IMG/VR virus record: IMGVR_UViG_3300010316_000010
Span: 1-56,027 of that record
DNA from: a virus
Lineage: Duplodnaviria; Caudoviricetes
DNA: 56,027 nt
Reading direction: 5' to 3' (one strand)
A program made the translations under genes and the position numbers. The notes beneath the pieces were generated by a model. The model made no database searches, was not told the origin of the DNA, and saw nothing but the letters and a program-made list of their open reading frames with translations. Shown one piece after another: positions 34,393 to 44,877 of the stretch (positions are counted from its first letter, which is position 1; each line of letters opens with the position of its first letter).

Positions 34393-36987
34393 TTATGCTC
34401 CGATGGCTAGTATCAGCGGTAAAGTGATATTCTGTACCCCACGAGAAAATGCCTGACCCTCGATAGTCGACCGCTCAAAATCCACCCGCAAGTCTTCTCC
34501 CAGATAGGTGTCACCGACTTCTGTCGAGAATGTAGCGTAGATCTTACCCCCACCAGATTTATACGTCGCAGTCGCTGGGTCTGGATTCTGACCAGTTCCA
34601 CGCTGGCTGTACGGAAGTGAGTTGTAATTGACACCACTTCCCGCATTGCTGAACTGTTGGCCCGATGCTTCAATCACAGACGGGAATGCAGTGCGGTAGT
34701 TCTGTGGATTCTGAACCACGTCACTGATCAAAGTGATCAGTGCTGTGATCATTGCCTCTGCATCTGTGTCAGATACACGAGAAAGGAGTTCTAGTCGAAC
34801 CTGCTCCCAAGCATCCAAGAAAAGCTGCAAGATCGATGCTGAGAATGCGTATTCTGCATTCCAGTCAAACAGTCCCTTGGTGAAATACTGTGCGCCCCGG
34901 TCTTGTCCGGAGTTGAGATCATTTATGATAGAGCGAAGAAGTGTTCTGGTGTCACGCTCTGTGAGCAGCAGTTGGTCTGGAGTCAGAGACCCCCAGCCCA
35001 CTATAGTCGGATACCGGACATTCATCAGGTTGGTAACAATCGATTCCAGGTTCGCAGACAGTACGGAAGCAACGTCGGTAAACGGGCTTATCAGGTTCTG
35101 ATCCGGAACACCCTCGATCTGTATTGCGCTGCGAAACCCTGTAGAAACCAGAGCATAGTCACCGAATGTATTGTTCGAGTTGGCGACAGTCACCTGACCA
35201 CCTTCGTGCGCCCACAGGCCGACCCTCGACCAGTTGGTGAACACTGAGACAAGCTGTACGAAAGCATTTCGCTTGACTGCGTAACCCACCCCATTCGGAT
35301 TGATTGATGTGAAACTGTCAACTACGACGGATCGGAGCGGGCTGTCGTAGTCTAGAACTGAACCATCAGCCAAGATGTTTCCAGCACCGACAGGCACTAG
35401 CGGATTTCCAGCAGCCTTGTCGATCGGAAGAGTCAACTGTTGTTGTGTGAGATCGTGCAACATCGAACAGTCGGAGATGTACGGCGATCGGGTGATAATT
35501 TCTCCGGGTTTGAATACGAAGGCATAGCCTTTGGTCGGTGGTCCACCTTCGATAGTGAAGGCTTCGTGCTGCATCCCCGTAAACGTGAACCCACGAACCT
35601 TGATCCCACTGGTCATCAAGAACATGTTATTCTGTTTCTCTAAACCGACAGCCGCCGTCGTTCCGGTCGCGTCAGCCAGTATCAACTTCGTGACACGCAG
35701 GTCGTATCCGTAGAGCGCACAGTTCGTCGGAACCACGGTATCTGGAGCGACGAGGTACTCTCCGGGTTGAACGATGACTATGCAGGACAGTGGTGCCAGC
35801 GCAGCCATCTTCGCGATAGCTGCCGCGACAGAAGCCAGTGGGTGTGAGATTGTCTCACCCGAGTTCGTGTCCGAACCGTCTGAAGTCACGTAGAATGTCC
35901 TCGCGACAGGAAACTCCGGGATGTTGACCTTCTCGAACTGAAACTCCTCTGGAAGAACGATACTCGCCGCACTCAGAACATCGGTCTCGACAGAGACCCC
36001 CGCCACTACACTGTCCAGACTCAGTGTTCCAGTGGATGGGACATAGGTCACACCTGCGTCAGCTCTGAGCTTGTTCGCACCGGAGGTATTCTGTGTGAAT
36101 GATACGTGGTGTGTGCCGGGATCAGAGGACACATCCTCCACGTCTACCAGTTCACCGACCCCCGAACTATCTGCTCGGAACGACGAACTTTCGCACCCGA
36201 TACGAAGAAAGTCAGTGACTCCATCTGGTCCGTAAGTCTGCACATAGGGCACCATGTAGACAGCGCCAGCGGGGGGAGCGATGTCTTCAGAACCTGCGAC
36301 CTCGTCGACCACATAACGCGAACGATTGACAACACCGCTCGCTACGTAGAGACTCACGTCTTCGATGACTTGATCACCCCCGGAGATCAGGGTTTTTGAT
36401 CCATCGAGCCAGTATATCCCAAAACGAACAGCGTCACCAGCGGGATCTACAGGATCTGTCTGACGCCGAACAGACCATGTGATCTTGTAATCTCGACCAG
36501 CTTCCTTCTTGTACCGCTCAACTGTTCCGATCACCTGAGAACCAGTTACACGGATTGCGGCACCTGTGATCGTGTCGACGACGTCACCCACAAGATCACT
36601 GACACTCTGAACATCGCCGTCCAGTGTAGGTGTGAAGTTCTGAGGAACATCACCGGGTAGATAAGACTGTCGAAGAACAGCGAAACCAGTCAACTCATCA
36701 GAGAGCGACGCGAAGGCGGGGGGAAGTTCTGCTGTCTTGGTCCAAGCTGATCCGTTGAACTTGTACGAGCCGGATGCCGCACCGTCATTCAGCACAAAGC
36801 CGACGTCATTCAGTAGTGGCGTGATCACGCCGTCCAAGTCAGCGACCGTGTCTTCGAAGAAGATGTTAGTCCCAGTCGCAGCTGAGTTTTGAATCTGCTC
36901 GAGCAGGTTACTGAGCTGAAGTGGGTTGATCTTGTGTCGGGGGGACACAGGGGTTCCCAGCACTACGTCTTTCACTCTCAGAGCCAT
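34393..36987 (-). CDS. tail spike/fibre with pectin-lyase-like beta-helix
   Basis: YVTSDGSDTNSG, V.PGEY, SPYISDCS, DSFTSINPNGVG...QLVSVFT...ANSNNTFG. Confidence 0.7.
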   Translation of the reverse strand: MALRVKDVVLGTPVSPRHKINPLQLSNLLEQIQNSAATGTNIFFEDTVADLDGVITPLLNDVGFVLNDGAASGSYKFNGSAWTKTAELPPAFASLSDELTGFAVLRQSYLPGDVPQNFTPTLDGDVQSVSDLVGDVVDTITGAAIRVTGSQVIGTVERYKKEAGRDYKITWSVRRQTDPVDPAGDAVRFGIYWLDGSKTLISGGDQVIEDVSLYVASGVVNRSRYVVDEVAGSEDIAPPAGAVYMVPYVQTYGPDGVTDFLRIGCESSSFRADSSGVGELVDVEDVSSDPGTHHVSFTQNTSGANKLRADAGVTYVPSTGTLSLDSVVAGVSVETDVLSAASIVLPEEFQFEKVNIPEFPVARTFYVTSDGSDTNSGETISHPLASVAAAIAKMAALAPLSCIVIVQPGEYLVAPDTVVPTNCALYGYDLRVTKLILADATGTTAAVGLEKQNNMFLMTSGIKVRGFTFTGMQHEAFTIEGGPPTKGYAFVFKPGEIITRSPYISDCSMLHDLTQQQLTLPIDKAAGNPLVPVGAGNILADGSVLDYDSPLRSVVVDSFTSINPNGVGYAVKRNAFVQLVSVFTNWSRVGLWAHEGGQVTVANSNNTFGDYALVSTGFRSAIQIEGVPDQNLISPFTDVASVLSANLESIVTNLMNVRYPTIVGWGSLTPDQLLLTERDTRTLLRSIINDLNSGQDRGAQYFTKGLFDWNAEYAFSASILQLFLDAWEQVRLELLSRVSDTDAEAMITALITLISDVVQNPQNYRTAFPSVIEASGQQFSNAGSGVNYNSLPYSQRGTGQNPDPATATYKSGGGKIYATFSTEVGDTYLGEDLRVDFERSTIEGQAFSRGVQNITLPLILAIGA

Positions 36988-37064
36988 GTGTATCCTCCAC
37001 AGTCAGCCCGAGATGGGCTCCTGCCCCACTATACACCGACTCAGTACTCTAGACCAGCACGAGT

Positions 37065-39392
37065 TTACGGAATCGTAACAGAAGTTGATGGAGTCGTGTT
37101 TCCTGCGACACCGGATGAGTTAATCGGTACACCCCAGTAGAAGTAAGTCAGACCTCCCACGATATTCGTGTCGTAGTACTTGTCAGAAGAGTTCGGTGCA
37201 CCGTACTCCGTGTCGATCAGTGATGCAGACTCGAAGGTATCCACAGTGTTCCGATAGATTCGGGTCGCGTAGTAGTTCGGATCGTTAGGGGCGAAGAGTG
37301 TGATCTCGACACGCCCCCCATCCACAGAGTACGTTCCGTCGAATGTGACGACGTCAAGTGGCGCTGTCGGGTTCGAGATGACCGAAACACTGAGTGCAGG
37401 CGACGGCAGGTAGCCTGAGAGCAACCTGCCTGTGACGCCACCGACCGCAGCAACCTGAACATCGTACGTGAGACCATCAACCAGAGGGTTGATCAGGTAG
37501 CTGTATATCAGTGGAGAAATCACGTCAGAGTAGGTCCAGTCAGTCGTCCCCGAAGGAGCCCATCTGACGATGTGGCTCAAAGATTCGAATGCACTATCCC
37601 ACGTGACAGCAATCGCGGGCACACCACTCACAGGAGAACTAGACGCGACGATATTGCTGGGGTCGTAGTTTGTCTGAAGTTCGTCAGACTCTGAGCTGTC
37701 AGGGCGCTGAGGTTCTTCTGTCGTGTGATCGAACTCGAAATCTTCAGCAGTGACGGATACAGCCTCTAGTGTGAACGACATACCGTCTTCACTGCGAGTC
37801 AAACTCTGAACCTCAAACACCTCATTCACACCAAGTTCAGTGTGAATAACGCGGATAAATCTCTCACCCACGATCTGGTGACCCACGTACTTGATCACAC
37901 CACGGAGAGTGTACTCGGCGTGCTGTGCACGAGAAATGCGTTTCGCGACCCTGACAGCTTGATTATGTGTGTTGATGAAGTATGCCGGAACTGTGTCGCG
38001 TGTTCTGCGACCCTCGGGGTCATGCACCCACGGACCAGATGCGTTCTCCCTCCATTCGCGAGCCTGCTCCACGTAATTGATAACTGTCTCGTTAGTTGTG
38101 TCCAGAGCATTCTCACCATCACTGAGTGTGAGACTGTAGAAATCATCATCCGTGATTATTTCTGTCGGCTCATAGTATCGACCGACTTTGAACCCTACAG
38201 AGCCGTCTGGTCTTTCGTAGAAGAACGCGTCGCACGAGAGACCAAGCTGGGCACGAATAACTTCATCATCCTCATTGTCACTGAAGACACCATTCAGAGT
38301 CCACTTGCGCTGTGTTCCGTCGTATCGAGAGTCTACGATCACGTCACAGGCGTCTGCCTCTTCAGCAACTTCTGTCCAGTCAACAGTCTTATTCATGTAG
38401 TACGTGATCCAGTGTGCAATCACGAGAGCAGCGTTGTCCGTAAATCCGACAGTGTCAGTCCTCGGGTCAAGTATATCGTCACGACCAGCGATGAGGCTTG
38501 TGAGAACCCACTCTCTGCCTCGAGGATAGTTATCGTTGAATTCTTTTGGCGACGGTTTCTGCGCCACGAGTTCAGCAACAGCGAGTCCAGCAAAGTCGTG
38601 AAAAGGGGTCAGTTCAGGAAATTTGCTCACACAAGGAAGAAGAGTCTGTGGCACTGTACCGAGTCTCGTGTGAATCTGTGCAAGCGATCCCGGTGGTGTT
38701 GTGCTCACGACACCTGCGCCGGGATCAGACCTCGAAACGACGGTGATGTATGTTGGTGAGGCAGATGTAAGTCCCAGATCATCCACCATCGCGTCGTATC
38801 CCTCTGTTCCCTGCGTGTAGGTTCCGAGTTCGTAGAAGACAGATGAGGATACAGTTTTCGCACTGATACTGTCCAGAAAAGCGTAATACTCGATCTCATA
38901 GACGTAGTCATCTACAGAAACAAGCCACTCGTCCAACCAGAAGAGATCGAATGACGCAATCTTGTGGCCGCAGAAAAGAATGACGACATGACGCCGATTG
39001 TCACCAAAATTCGTGTAGGCGAGTGGACCACCCTTGCGAGCACGACCGTACACTGTCTCAAAGAATGTCAGGGGTTGCGCGTAGTTCACCATCCTGTTTG
39101 ATGGATCAGGTGTCTGCGGCTTCGGCATCAGAGCCTGAGCTAACTTGAGGAGACCAATCCCGACGACGAGAGACACACCGAGGGTGTACAGAGTAACACC
39201 TAGAGCTGATGTGATTCCAAGTGTAGCGGCAGATGCAGCGAAAGCCGCAGTCAAACCTCCCCCCGCAAAAACAGTGGTCGCAAAGGCGACAACGGGGGGC
39301 ATAGCCTTTGCCTCGACAGGCACGAGAGCTGTGGTGCACATCAGACCAACAGCTACGAGAGAATTTCTGGTCTTATGCTCCATAGCCGACAC
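37065..39392 (-). CDS. central tail fibre / host-specificity (J-like) protein with FN3 domain
   Basis: VYGRARKGG, DPRT...DNAALVI, C-terminal FN3-like LVDGLTYDVQVAAV. Confidence 0.8.
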   Translation of the reverse strand: MSAMEHKTRNSLVAVGLMCTTALVPVEAKAMPPVVAFATTVFAGGGLTAAFAASAATLGITSALGVTLYTLGVSLVVGIGLLKLAQALMPKPQTPDPSNRMVNYAQPLTFFETVYGRARKGGPLAYTNFGDNRRHVVILFCGHKIASFDLFWLDEWLVSVDDYVYEIEYYAFLDSISAKTVSSSVFYELGTYTQGTEGYDAMVDDLGLTSASPTYITVVSRSDPGAGVVSTTPPGSLAQIHTRLGTVPQTLLPCVSKFPELTPFHDFAGLAVAELVAQKPSPKEFNDNYPRGREWVLTSLIAGRDDILDPRTDTVGFTDNAALVIAHWITYYMNKTVDWTEVAEEADACDVIVDSRYDGTQRKWTLNGVFSDNEDDEVIRAQLGLSCDAFFYERPDGSVGFKVGRYYEPTEIITDDDFYSLTLSDGENALDTTNETVINYVEQAREWRENASGPWVHDPEGRRTRDTVPAYFINTHNQAVRVAKRISRAQHAEYTLRGVIKYVGHQIVGERFIRVIHTELGVNEVFEVQSLTRSEDGMSFTLEAVSVTAEDFEFDHTTEEPQRPDSSESDELQTNYDPSNIVASSSPVSGVPAIAVTWDSAFESLSHIVRWAPSGTTDWTYSDVISPLIYSYLINPLVDGLTYDVQVAAVGGVTGRLLSGYLPSPALSVSVISNPTAPLDVVTFDGTYSVDGGRVEITLFAPNDPNYYATRIYRNTVDTFESASLIDTEYGAPNSSDKYYDTNIVGGLTYFYWGVPINSSGVAGNTTPSTSVTIP

Positions 39393-39786
39393 CCCACACA
39401 GCTTTGATCTCGTGTGGCTGAAGCGTAGTCACACCATCTGGAGCTTTCACGGCCCAACTCTTTCCAGTAAAGATACCCCCGACTGGAGTCATCTTCTTAT
39501 CGACAGGAAGATACAGGATACCGACATCACCCTTCACGAACGAATCAGTGCGACTGAAATTACAAACATCTTCCGCCATCGACGCTACGACAGATACAGG
39601 GTTCGTGAAGAATCTGGTGTGACGCTGACAAGAAGATGCGCTGTCGTACGTAAAGCGAAGATGCTCAGCTGGATCATACCCGTACACTTCTCTTATCCAG
39701 TCAGCGAGGATTAGACAACAATCGTTCTCACCCCAGACGAAAGGTCTGCCGATTTGTTGATTTAGAAATCTGTAAAGTCTATCCAT
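39373..39786 (-). CDS. DUF6950 / NlpC-P60-like tail assembly protein
   Basis: PFVWGENDCCLILADW...GDVG. Confidence 0.75.
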   Translation of the reverse strand: MDRLYRFLNQQIGRPFVWGENDCCLILADWIREVYGYDPAEHLRFTYDSASSCQRHTRFFTNPVSVVASMAEDVCNFSRTDSFVKGDVGILYLPVDKKMTPVGGIFTGKSWAVKAPDGVTTLQPHEIKAVWGVGYGA

Positions 39787-40367
39787 CAGTCGAACAACTT
39801 CTGTTCTTGAAAGTCGACCGTTGGTATGAATTCCAGTGACGGATTGAAGTAACCGATCGCAGAACTGTGGTCGGCTGTATTGTAAACGAAGCGTCGAGCT
39901 TTCTTCCTATCGACCCAAGCTGTCTCGTAAGTCAGTGTGATCTGTCTATTCTGTAGACCCTGTGCAGTATAGCGAAGAGTTTTCATAGTTCTGGTGAGAA
40001 CCATCTGAGGAGGCATCGTGGGATTGTAGAGATCAGCCATAGCTGTGATCGGCTGTACGTAGAACGTGATGTACCTATCTTTGATGTAGGTGTTACCTAG
40101 ATCTCTGATCTGACTAATTAGGTCCGGTTGGTCAGGATCTTGGATGAAGCTTAGAGTCAGCTCACCTCCCGGAGCATTTCCTGAGTAAGAGTACTGCTGG
40201 TCACCGACATTGATCAATGTCGATCCGTACCACGATTTTCCGTTGATGTCTGTGAAAATACCGTCAGTTCCGACCATGAAGCCGAAGTCACCGTCTGGTG
40301 TGTTGATGTTCACCAACTCTAGACGACCGATAACTTCTTGTCTGAAGTCGTAACTCATCTGAGCCAC
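39786..40367 (-). CDS. minor tail (hub) protein
   Basis: Position between distal tail protein and DUF6950 protein. Confidence 0.65.
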   Translation of the reverse strand: MAQMSYDFRQEVIGRLELVNINTPDGDFGFMVGTDGIFTDINGKSWYGSTLINVGDQQYSYSGNAPGGELTLSFIQDPDQPDLISQIRDLGNTYIKDRYITFYVQPITAMADLYNPTMPPQMVLTRTMKTLRYTAQGLQNRQITLTYETAWVDRKKARRFVYNTADHSSAIGYFNPSLEFIPTVDFQEQKLFD

Positions 40368-41122
40368 TCCACGAAATTGAACTTCACCTTGCTTCCGTAG
40401 TTTGGTCCGTAGGTGATGGCACCATCTGTATCACTGTCTACAGTGAAGAGACCATACGCAAGCAATTCCAACCTACCACCTGAGTATCCGTCTGACAACA
40501 TGGTTGCGACAGGTTTCCGCAGTGGTGTCTCAATCTTCAGCTCGTACAGGTTGATCGCACCTGGAAGAACACTCTCATCCAGTGTGTTCTCCAGTGTACG
40601 AACTTCAGTGATGATGTACGGAAAATCATTCACAGAGTGTATAGCGCCGATCTTGGGAACGTAGTTTGTCTTCATATCGTCAGCGACTGTGATGTACTCG
40701 GCCCCCGCACTCACAACACTGTCTCCAGGAAGAATAGTTCCATCTTCAGAAACCTTGACGACAGCCATGCTCGGACTGTACTCGAACCCGGCACCAGTGT
40801 CTAGCCGACCACCTGTACTGAGTTCAACCCCGCCAGAGTAGTCGTCCCACAGAGAACGCGAAGTCACGATACCGTCGATGATCGGAACACGATAGATGTT
40901 GGCCCTACCGCGAGCTGATGCTCGAATTGCTCTCCACAGAGGAATGTCACCCGCAAGAAGAGATAGTTCCGGTCTTCCGTACCAGCGGGGGAAGGCGTTG
41001 AATACAGTTTGTGTGAACCCAGAGTTTGACTGACTTGCAGCTTGTGAGCGCCAGTCGATGTCCCAGTCGAACTTAGACTGAAGCATCAACTCGCGCGGAA
41101 CTGTGATGTAACTTCTTTCCAT
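40355..41122 (-). CDS. distal tail protein
   Basis: Directly after tape measure gene; ends FNFVEW. Confidence 0.65.
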   Translation of the reverse strand: MERSYITVPRELMLQSKFDWDIDWRSQAASQSNSGFTQTVFNAFPRWYGRPELSLLAGDIPLWRAIRASARGRANIYRVPIIDGIVTSRSLWDDYSGGVELSTGGRLDTGAGFEYSPSMAVVKVSEDGTILPGDSVVSAGAEYITVADDMKTNYVPKIGAIHSVNDFPYIITEVRTLENTLDESVLPGAINLYELKIETPLRKPVATMLSDGYSGGRLELLAYGLFTVDSDTDGAITYGPNYGSKVKFNFVEWLR

Positions 41123-44100
41123 CAGGAAACTCCTCGTTTCTGCAACTGTGTGAAGTCACCCTCCAGACGCTTCGACTGCTCACCCATCGCCCGCTGTGAC
41201 ACCTGAACTGCTGACGTCGTACTGATCTGACGAACACGTGGAGCAAACATCTCACCTTCTTCTGCCGTTATGACTATCTCAACTTTCTGCGGCTTGTTGT
41301 TGGCGGACTGCACACCGAGTTTTCCGTCGGGTCCGCGCTTGAGTGGCATGATTGCTTCGGGACCGGCCTCACCCATGAGACCAGTGCGACCACCACTCAT
41401 CGGAAACATGGTCGGACCACCGACGACACCACCGTCAGCGAAAGGTGTCACGTTACCACCACTGAAGACACCGCCTTTGGCGAACAGCGGGATACCGAGC
41501 ACGTAGGAGAACAATGCCTTGAACGCGAAGTTAATGACCATCTGCGCCAACATGCGAAGAAGGTCTGCTGCGATTTCTCTCGCACTCTTGGCCCCCTCGA
41601 CGAAACTGATGAAGGCGCTGGTGAAAGAGTTTGCCAGTGTCTCAGCCATGTTCTCGAGACGATTGAGTCGTTCTTCTTGCTCCTTTAGAGCCATATTCTC
41701 GCGCGCAATCTGCTCGATGCGAGCTTGAGAATAGTTCTCCATCTCTGTACCGAGCGAGTTCTGGATAGAGAATATCTCCTCCATAAGATCTCGCTCGTCA
41801 CCGCGGAGACTAAGTAGAGTTTTTCGCTGCGAAATTTCTCGCTCGAGTTTTGCGAGTTGATCTGTGTCACCGCGACCACCACCCCGACCACCCCGACCAC
41901 CTCGTCCTCCGGAACGCGCGGACTGGCGACTAGATGCGAGTTGGTTCATAGCTTCCAGAAGAGTGGGTAGATTGCCCGTTGCAGAGGTGTAGGCAGACTC
42001 TGCCTCTGAGATGGGTGTACCCGCCTCGACAGCTCTCTGCATCTCCTGCTGAGCGCGGGTGTACTGGCCTGCGACGAAACCCGCAGCGGCCTCGTCAGCG
42101 CCAGAGCTGATCGCCTCGATACGTGCGCGAGTCTGCGCCAGACGAACTTCGACTGACGCCCCAATGCTCTCCAGTGATGACATAGCGGCAGCGGCGTCAC
42201 GCATTGCGTCAGCCAGTGCGCGAGCCTCAGCAGCTTGACCAGCAATAAGACTCTCGTTATCTTGGTTCAGTGAGAGCTGACTGAGAGCCGCGTCCAGAAT
42301 AGCCTGTTGCTCAGCGTTGAGTTCAGTCGTGGCGAACAACTCACGAATTTTGGTCTCCAGAGCATCTGCCTCAGACTGAGCGCGAGCTTCAGCAGCCTGA
42401 GAAGAGTTCTCACCAAACTGAGCAATCGCTGCCAGAACAGCCCCCTCGCGCTGAAGTGTGACGAGCATCTCCCCCGCAGACGCCTTGTTCTTGTCGTACT
42501 CGAGACCTGCTTCTCGGATCGCGTCCCGCGCTCTCTGGAGAATACGTTCGATCCGTGTCTGAGCTTCTTCGTTCTGCTTCGCAGCTTCTTTTCTGTCGTA
42601 CTCAGCTAGAGCGACAGCCTGCGTAGCAGTAAGATCAGCTAGTGCTGACCTCTCACGAGCTTCACCCGAGATGACACCTTGTTCGCGCAGTTGTGCAATC
42701 ATCCTCTCGCGCTCGAGTGTCTGCTCAGCGACTAAGAGTGCGCGACCGTCCAGACCTTGGAGAGCTTCTGCTTCACGACGTTCATTCTGCAGTTCTTGCA
42801 GAATCTCTGTGGCGTTTTCTGCGCGTCGTTTTGTAGCATCTTCAACCTGCTTCATTAATCGGAGATTTTCCTCAATCCGCTCATTTATCAGACGCTCAGC
42901 TTCTGCTGTACCGTCCGCTTGAGCTTCTACGCGAGCAGTGAATTCAGCTATCGCCCTGAATGCGTCAAGAAGAGCCAGTCCCTCGGTAGAGACACCCTGT
43001 AGTCCTTCAACAGTGTTTGGAAGTGCATCTCGCATGAGTTCAGCTATACCCTGAACAACTTTCGAGATTTCCCCTTTACCCGCCTGCTCCATGATACCTT
43101 GCGTCATCTGGTCGTAGACTTCCTTGCCGATATCGAAACCGAACTCGGCAAAATTCTCAGCTGCAAATGCTTTTTCATAGTCCTGATAGGTGATTGCACC
43201 CAAGCCCGCTCCGGTTCCCGCAGCCACACCAGAACTCAACTGTTGGAAGAACCCCGGTTCAATGTTCTCTGTGCGCAGGCGATCCAGAGTTTCGGATAGC
43301 TTCTTGAGAGACAAGGCGTTGTCGAGCTCCACAGCTTGTTCGGTGAGCATTCTGATCGAACCAGTCAAGCTACCGAACTCTTCGTTGAGTTTCTCGTTGT
43401 TGAGGATGTCGTAGCTGTCACCGAGACGTTCGAACGTGTCGCGCAACTCCTGCATCGAGTCGTCGAGCGTCTGTCCGGCCCCTCGCGCCTGCATAAACCC
43501 GTTGATTAAGGCTGTGGACATTGCTAGAACAGCACCAGCGATAGCACCCTGATATCCGAACAAACCGAGCAACTGTGAACCCTGTTGACCGAGAGCAACC
43601 ATCGCACTCGTACCACCCTGCACCTGAACAGCGAAGTCGCCGAACTGATAACCAGCCTGCTGAAGACCTGCTCGCATGTTTCGTGACAGAGCTCTGCTCG
43701 AACCCTCGAGAACGCGACCAAACTCGTTGACCTGATAGCCAGCGAGTTCCATCTGCTGTCTCACCTGTGCGAGAGCTTTCTGCTGTTCTTCGAGTGTGAT
43801 GACATTCTGCTCCAGAGAACGATTCAGTGTCTTGACTGCGGCGTCGTACTGCTGCTGAGCACGAGATGCTGGGTCGACAGACGACTTGAGAGACTTGTAA
43901 GCCATAGCGAGTTTCCGCTGTCCGTCTAGAGCTCGACGATTGCTGTCGAGCTCTTTCTGAATTTCACGCTCACGCTGCTGCTGAAGCCTGCGACGAGTAT
44001 CAGCCTGACGTCGAATTTCGTTCAAGTTGCGCTGGATGGACTTCGTGTAGTCCTCCATCGCTTTGATGGCTTGCTTCTCCCCGTATGTCCGGATAAGAAG

Positions 44101-44124
44101 ACCAATTTCACCTAGATCAGCCAT
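41122..44124 (-). CDS. tail tape measure protein
   Basis: 1000-aa helical protein; QQAGYQFGDFAVQVQGG...QQGSQL and FADGGVV..PT...GLMGEAGPEAIMPL. Confidence 0.95.
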   Translation of the reverse strand: MADLGEIGLLIRTYGEKQAIKAMEDYTKSIQRNLNEIRRQADTRRRLQQQREREIQKELDSNRRALDGQRKLAMAYKSLKSSVDPASRAQQQYDAAVKTLNRSLEQNVITLEEQQKALAQVRQQMELAGYQVNEFGRVLEGSSRALSRNMRAGLQQAGYQFGDFAVQVQGGTSAMVALGQQGSQLLGLFGYQGAIAGAVLAMSTALINGFMQARGAGQTLDDSMQELRDTFERLGDSYDILNNEKLNEEFGSLTGSIRMLTEQAVELDNALSLKKLSETLDRLRTENIEPGFFQQLSSGVAAGTGAGLGAITYQDYEKAFAAENFAEFGFDIGKEVYDQMTQGIMEQAGKGEISKVVQGIAELMRDALPNTVEGLQGVSTEGLALLDAFRAIAEFTARVEAQADGTAEAERLINERIEENLRLMKQVEDATKRRAENATEILQELQNERREAEALQGLDGRALLVAEQTLERERMIAQLREQGVISGEARERSALADLTATQAVALAEYDRKEAAKQNEEAQTRIERILQRARDAIREAGLEYDKNKASAGEMLVTLQREGAVLAAIAQFGENSSQAAEARAQSEADALETKIRELFATTELNAEQQAILDAALSQLSLNQDNESLIAGQAAEARALADAMRDAAAAMSSLESIGASVEVRLAQTRARIEAISSGADEAAAGFVAGQYTRAQQEMQRAVEAGTPISEAESAYTSATGNLPTLLEAMNQLASSRQSARSGGRGGRGGRGGGRGDTDQLAKLEREISQRKTLLSLRGDERDLMEEIFSIQNSLGTEMENYSQARIEQIARENMALKEQEERLNRLENMAETLANSFTSAFISFVEGAKSAREIAADLLRMLAQMVINFAFKALFSYVLGIPLFAKGGVFSGGNVTPFADGGVVGGPTMFPMSGGRTGLMGEAGPEAIMPLKRGPDGKLGVQSANNKPQKVEIVITAEEGEMFAPRVRQISTTSAVQVSQRAMGEQSKRLEGDFTQLQKRGVS

Positions 44125-44491
44125 CAGTACCTTCCTTAGAGTCGTCGTTCACTGACTTCATCCAAAGCCTGTCCAAACGAAGAACCACGTCAATCTCCCA
44201 ACCTGAGAGAGCTTCACCACTTACGGTCATCCAAGCAAGAAGATCTTGATAGGATAGTGGATTTACACCCATTGTACCATAGGTTCTGCCCCTATGAACA
44301 TCAAGAAATTTAGACCACACATTCCTGAGGACTTCCGGGAACGGGGGGAGCTCCAGTTCTTCAGGTGCCTCCCCCGTTTGTTCATGAACTGACTCGAGGT
44401 GTTGCCGAATAGTCTTTCCTTCGTAGACCTTGTCCAGAGCGAAAAGACTCTCGGCATAGTTCAAGAGCTCCTCGGTCAGTTCGTCAAAAAA
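44117..44491 (-). CDS. tail assembly chaperone, frameshift extension (GT)
   Basis: -1 frame open from slippery T TTT TTG at 44485-44491; PLSYQDLLAW...WEIDV..RLD. Confidence 0.8.
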   Translation of the reverse strand, partial: FFDELTEELLNYAESLFALDKVYEGKTIRQHLESVHEQTGEAPEELELPPFPEVLRNVWSKFLDVHRGRTYGTMGVNPLSYQDLLAWMTVSGEALSGWEIDVVLRLDRLWMKSVNDDSKEGTDG

Positions 44492-44877
44492 GCCGCGCCG
44501 TCCTCCATCGCGAACTCGATCTGCTCACGAATCCACTTGAATTTTTCCAGGATGGTGCGAATGTTCTCTTCGTTGCACGGAAGCTTCTCGCCACTCATCT
44601 GGATATTCCACGACTCGATGCAGGCGACGATCATCTTGGTCTGATCTTCGTACAGCTCCTCCGCAGTCAGAGTCAGCTTGCCGCCCGTGCGCTGCGAACG
44701 CTTGATGCGGCGGTTCTGCTGCTGATCGCGGATGCGCTTCTGCTTCGAGCTGTACGGTCCGTGCAGTACGATAGTCATCGGCGTTTCGTCGTCGTTGTAG
44801 ATCACCGTCTGTGTGCGGATGTCGTACAGTTCGATCTCTGTGGTGTCGCTTACGGAACCAATATCGTTCAAGTCCAT
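44476..44877 (-). CDS. tail assembly chaperone (G)
   Basis: Between tail tube and tape measure genes; ends in slippery sequence. Confidence 0.85.
   Translation of the reverse strand: MDLNDIGSVSDTTEIELYDIRTQTVIYNDDETPMTIVLHGPYSSKQKRIRDQQQNRRIKRSQRTGGKLTLTAEELYEDQTKMIVACIESWNIQMSGEKLPCNEENIRTILEKFKWIREQIEFAMEDGAAFLTN

Noticed and set aside
41865-41915. RGG repeat in tape measure gene
   Set aside because: Gly/Arg-rich linkers are common in tape measure proteins.
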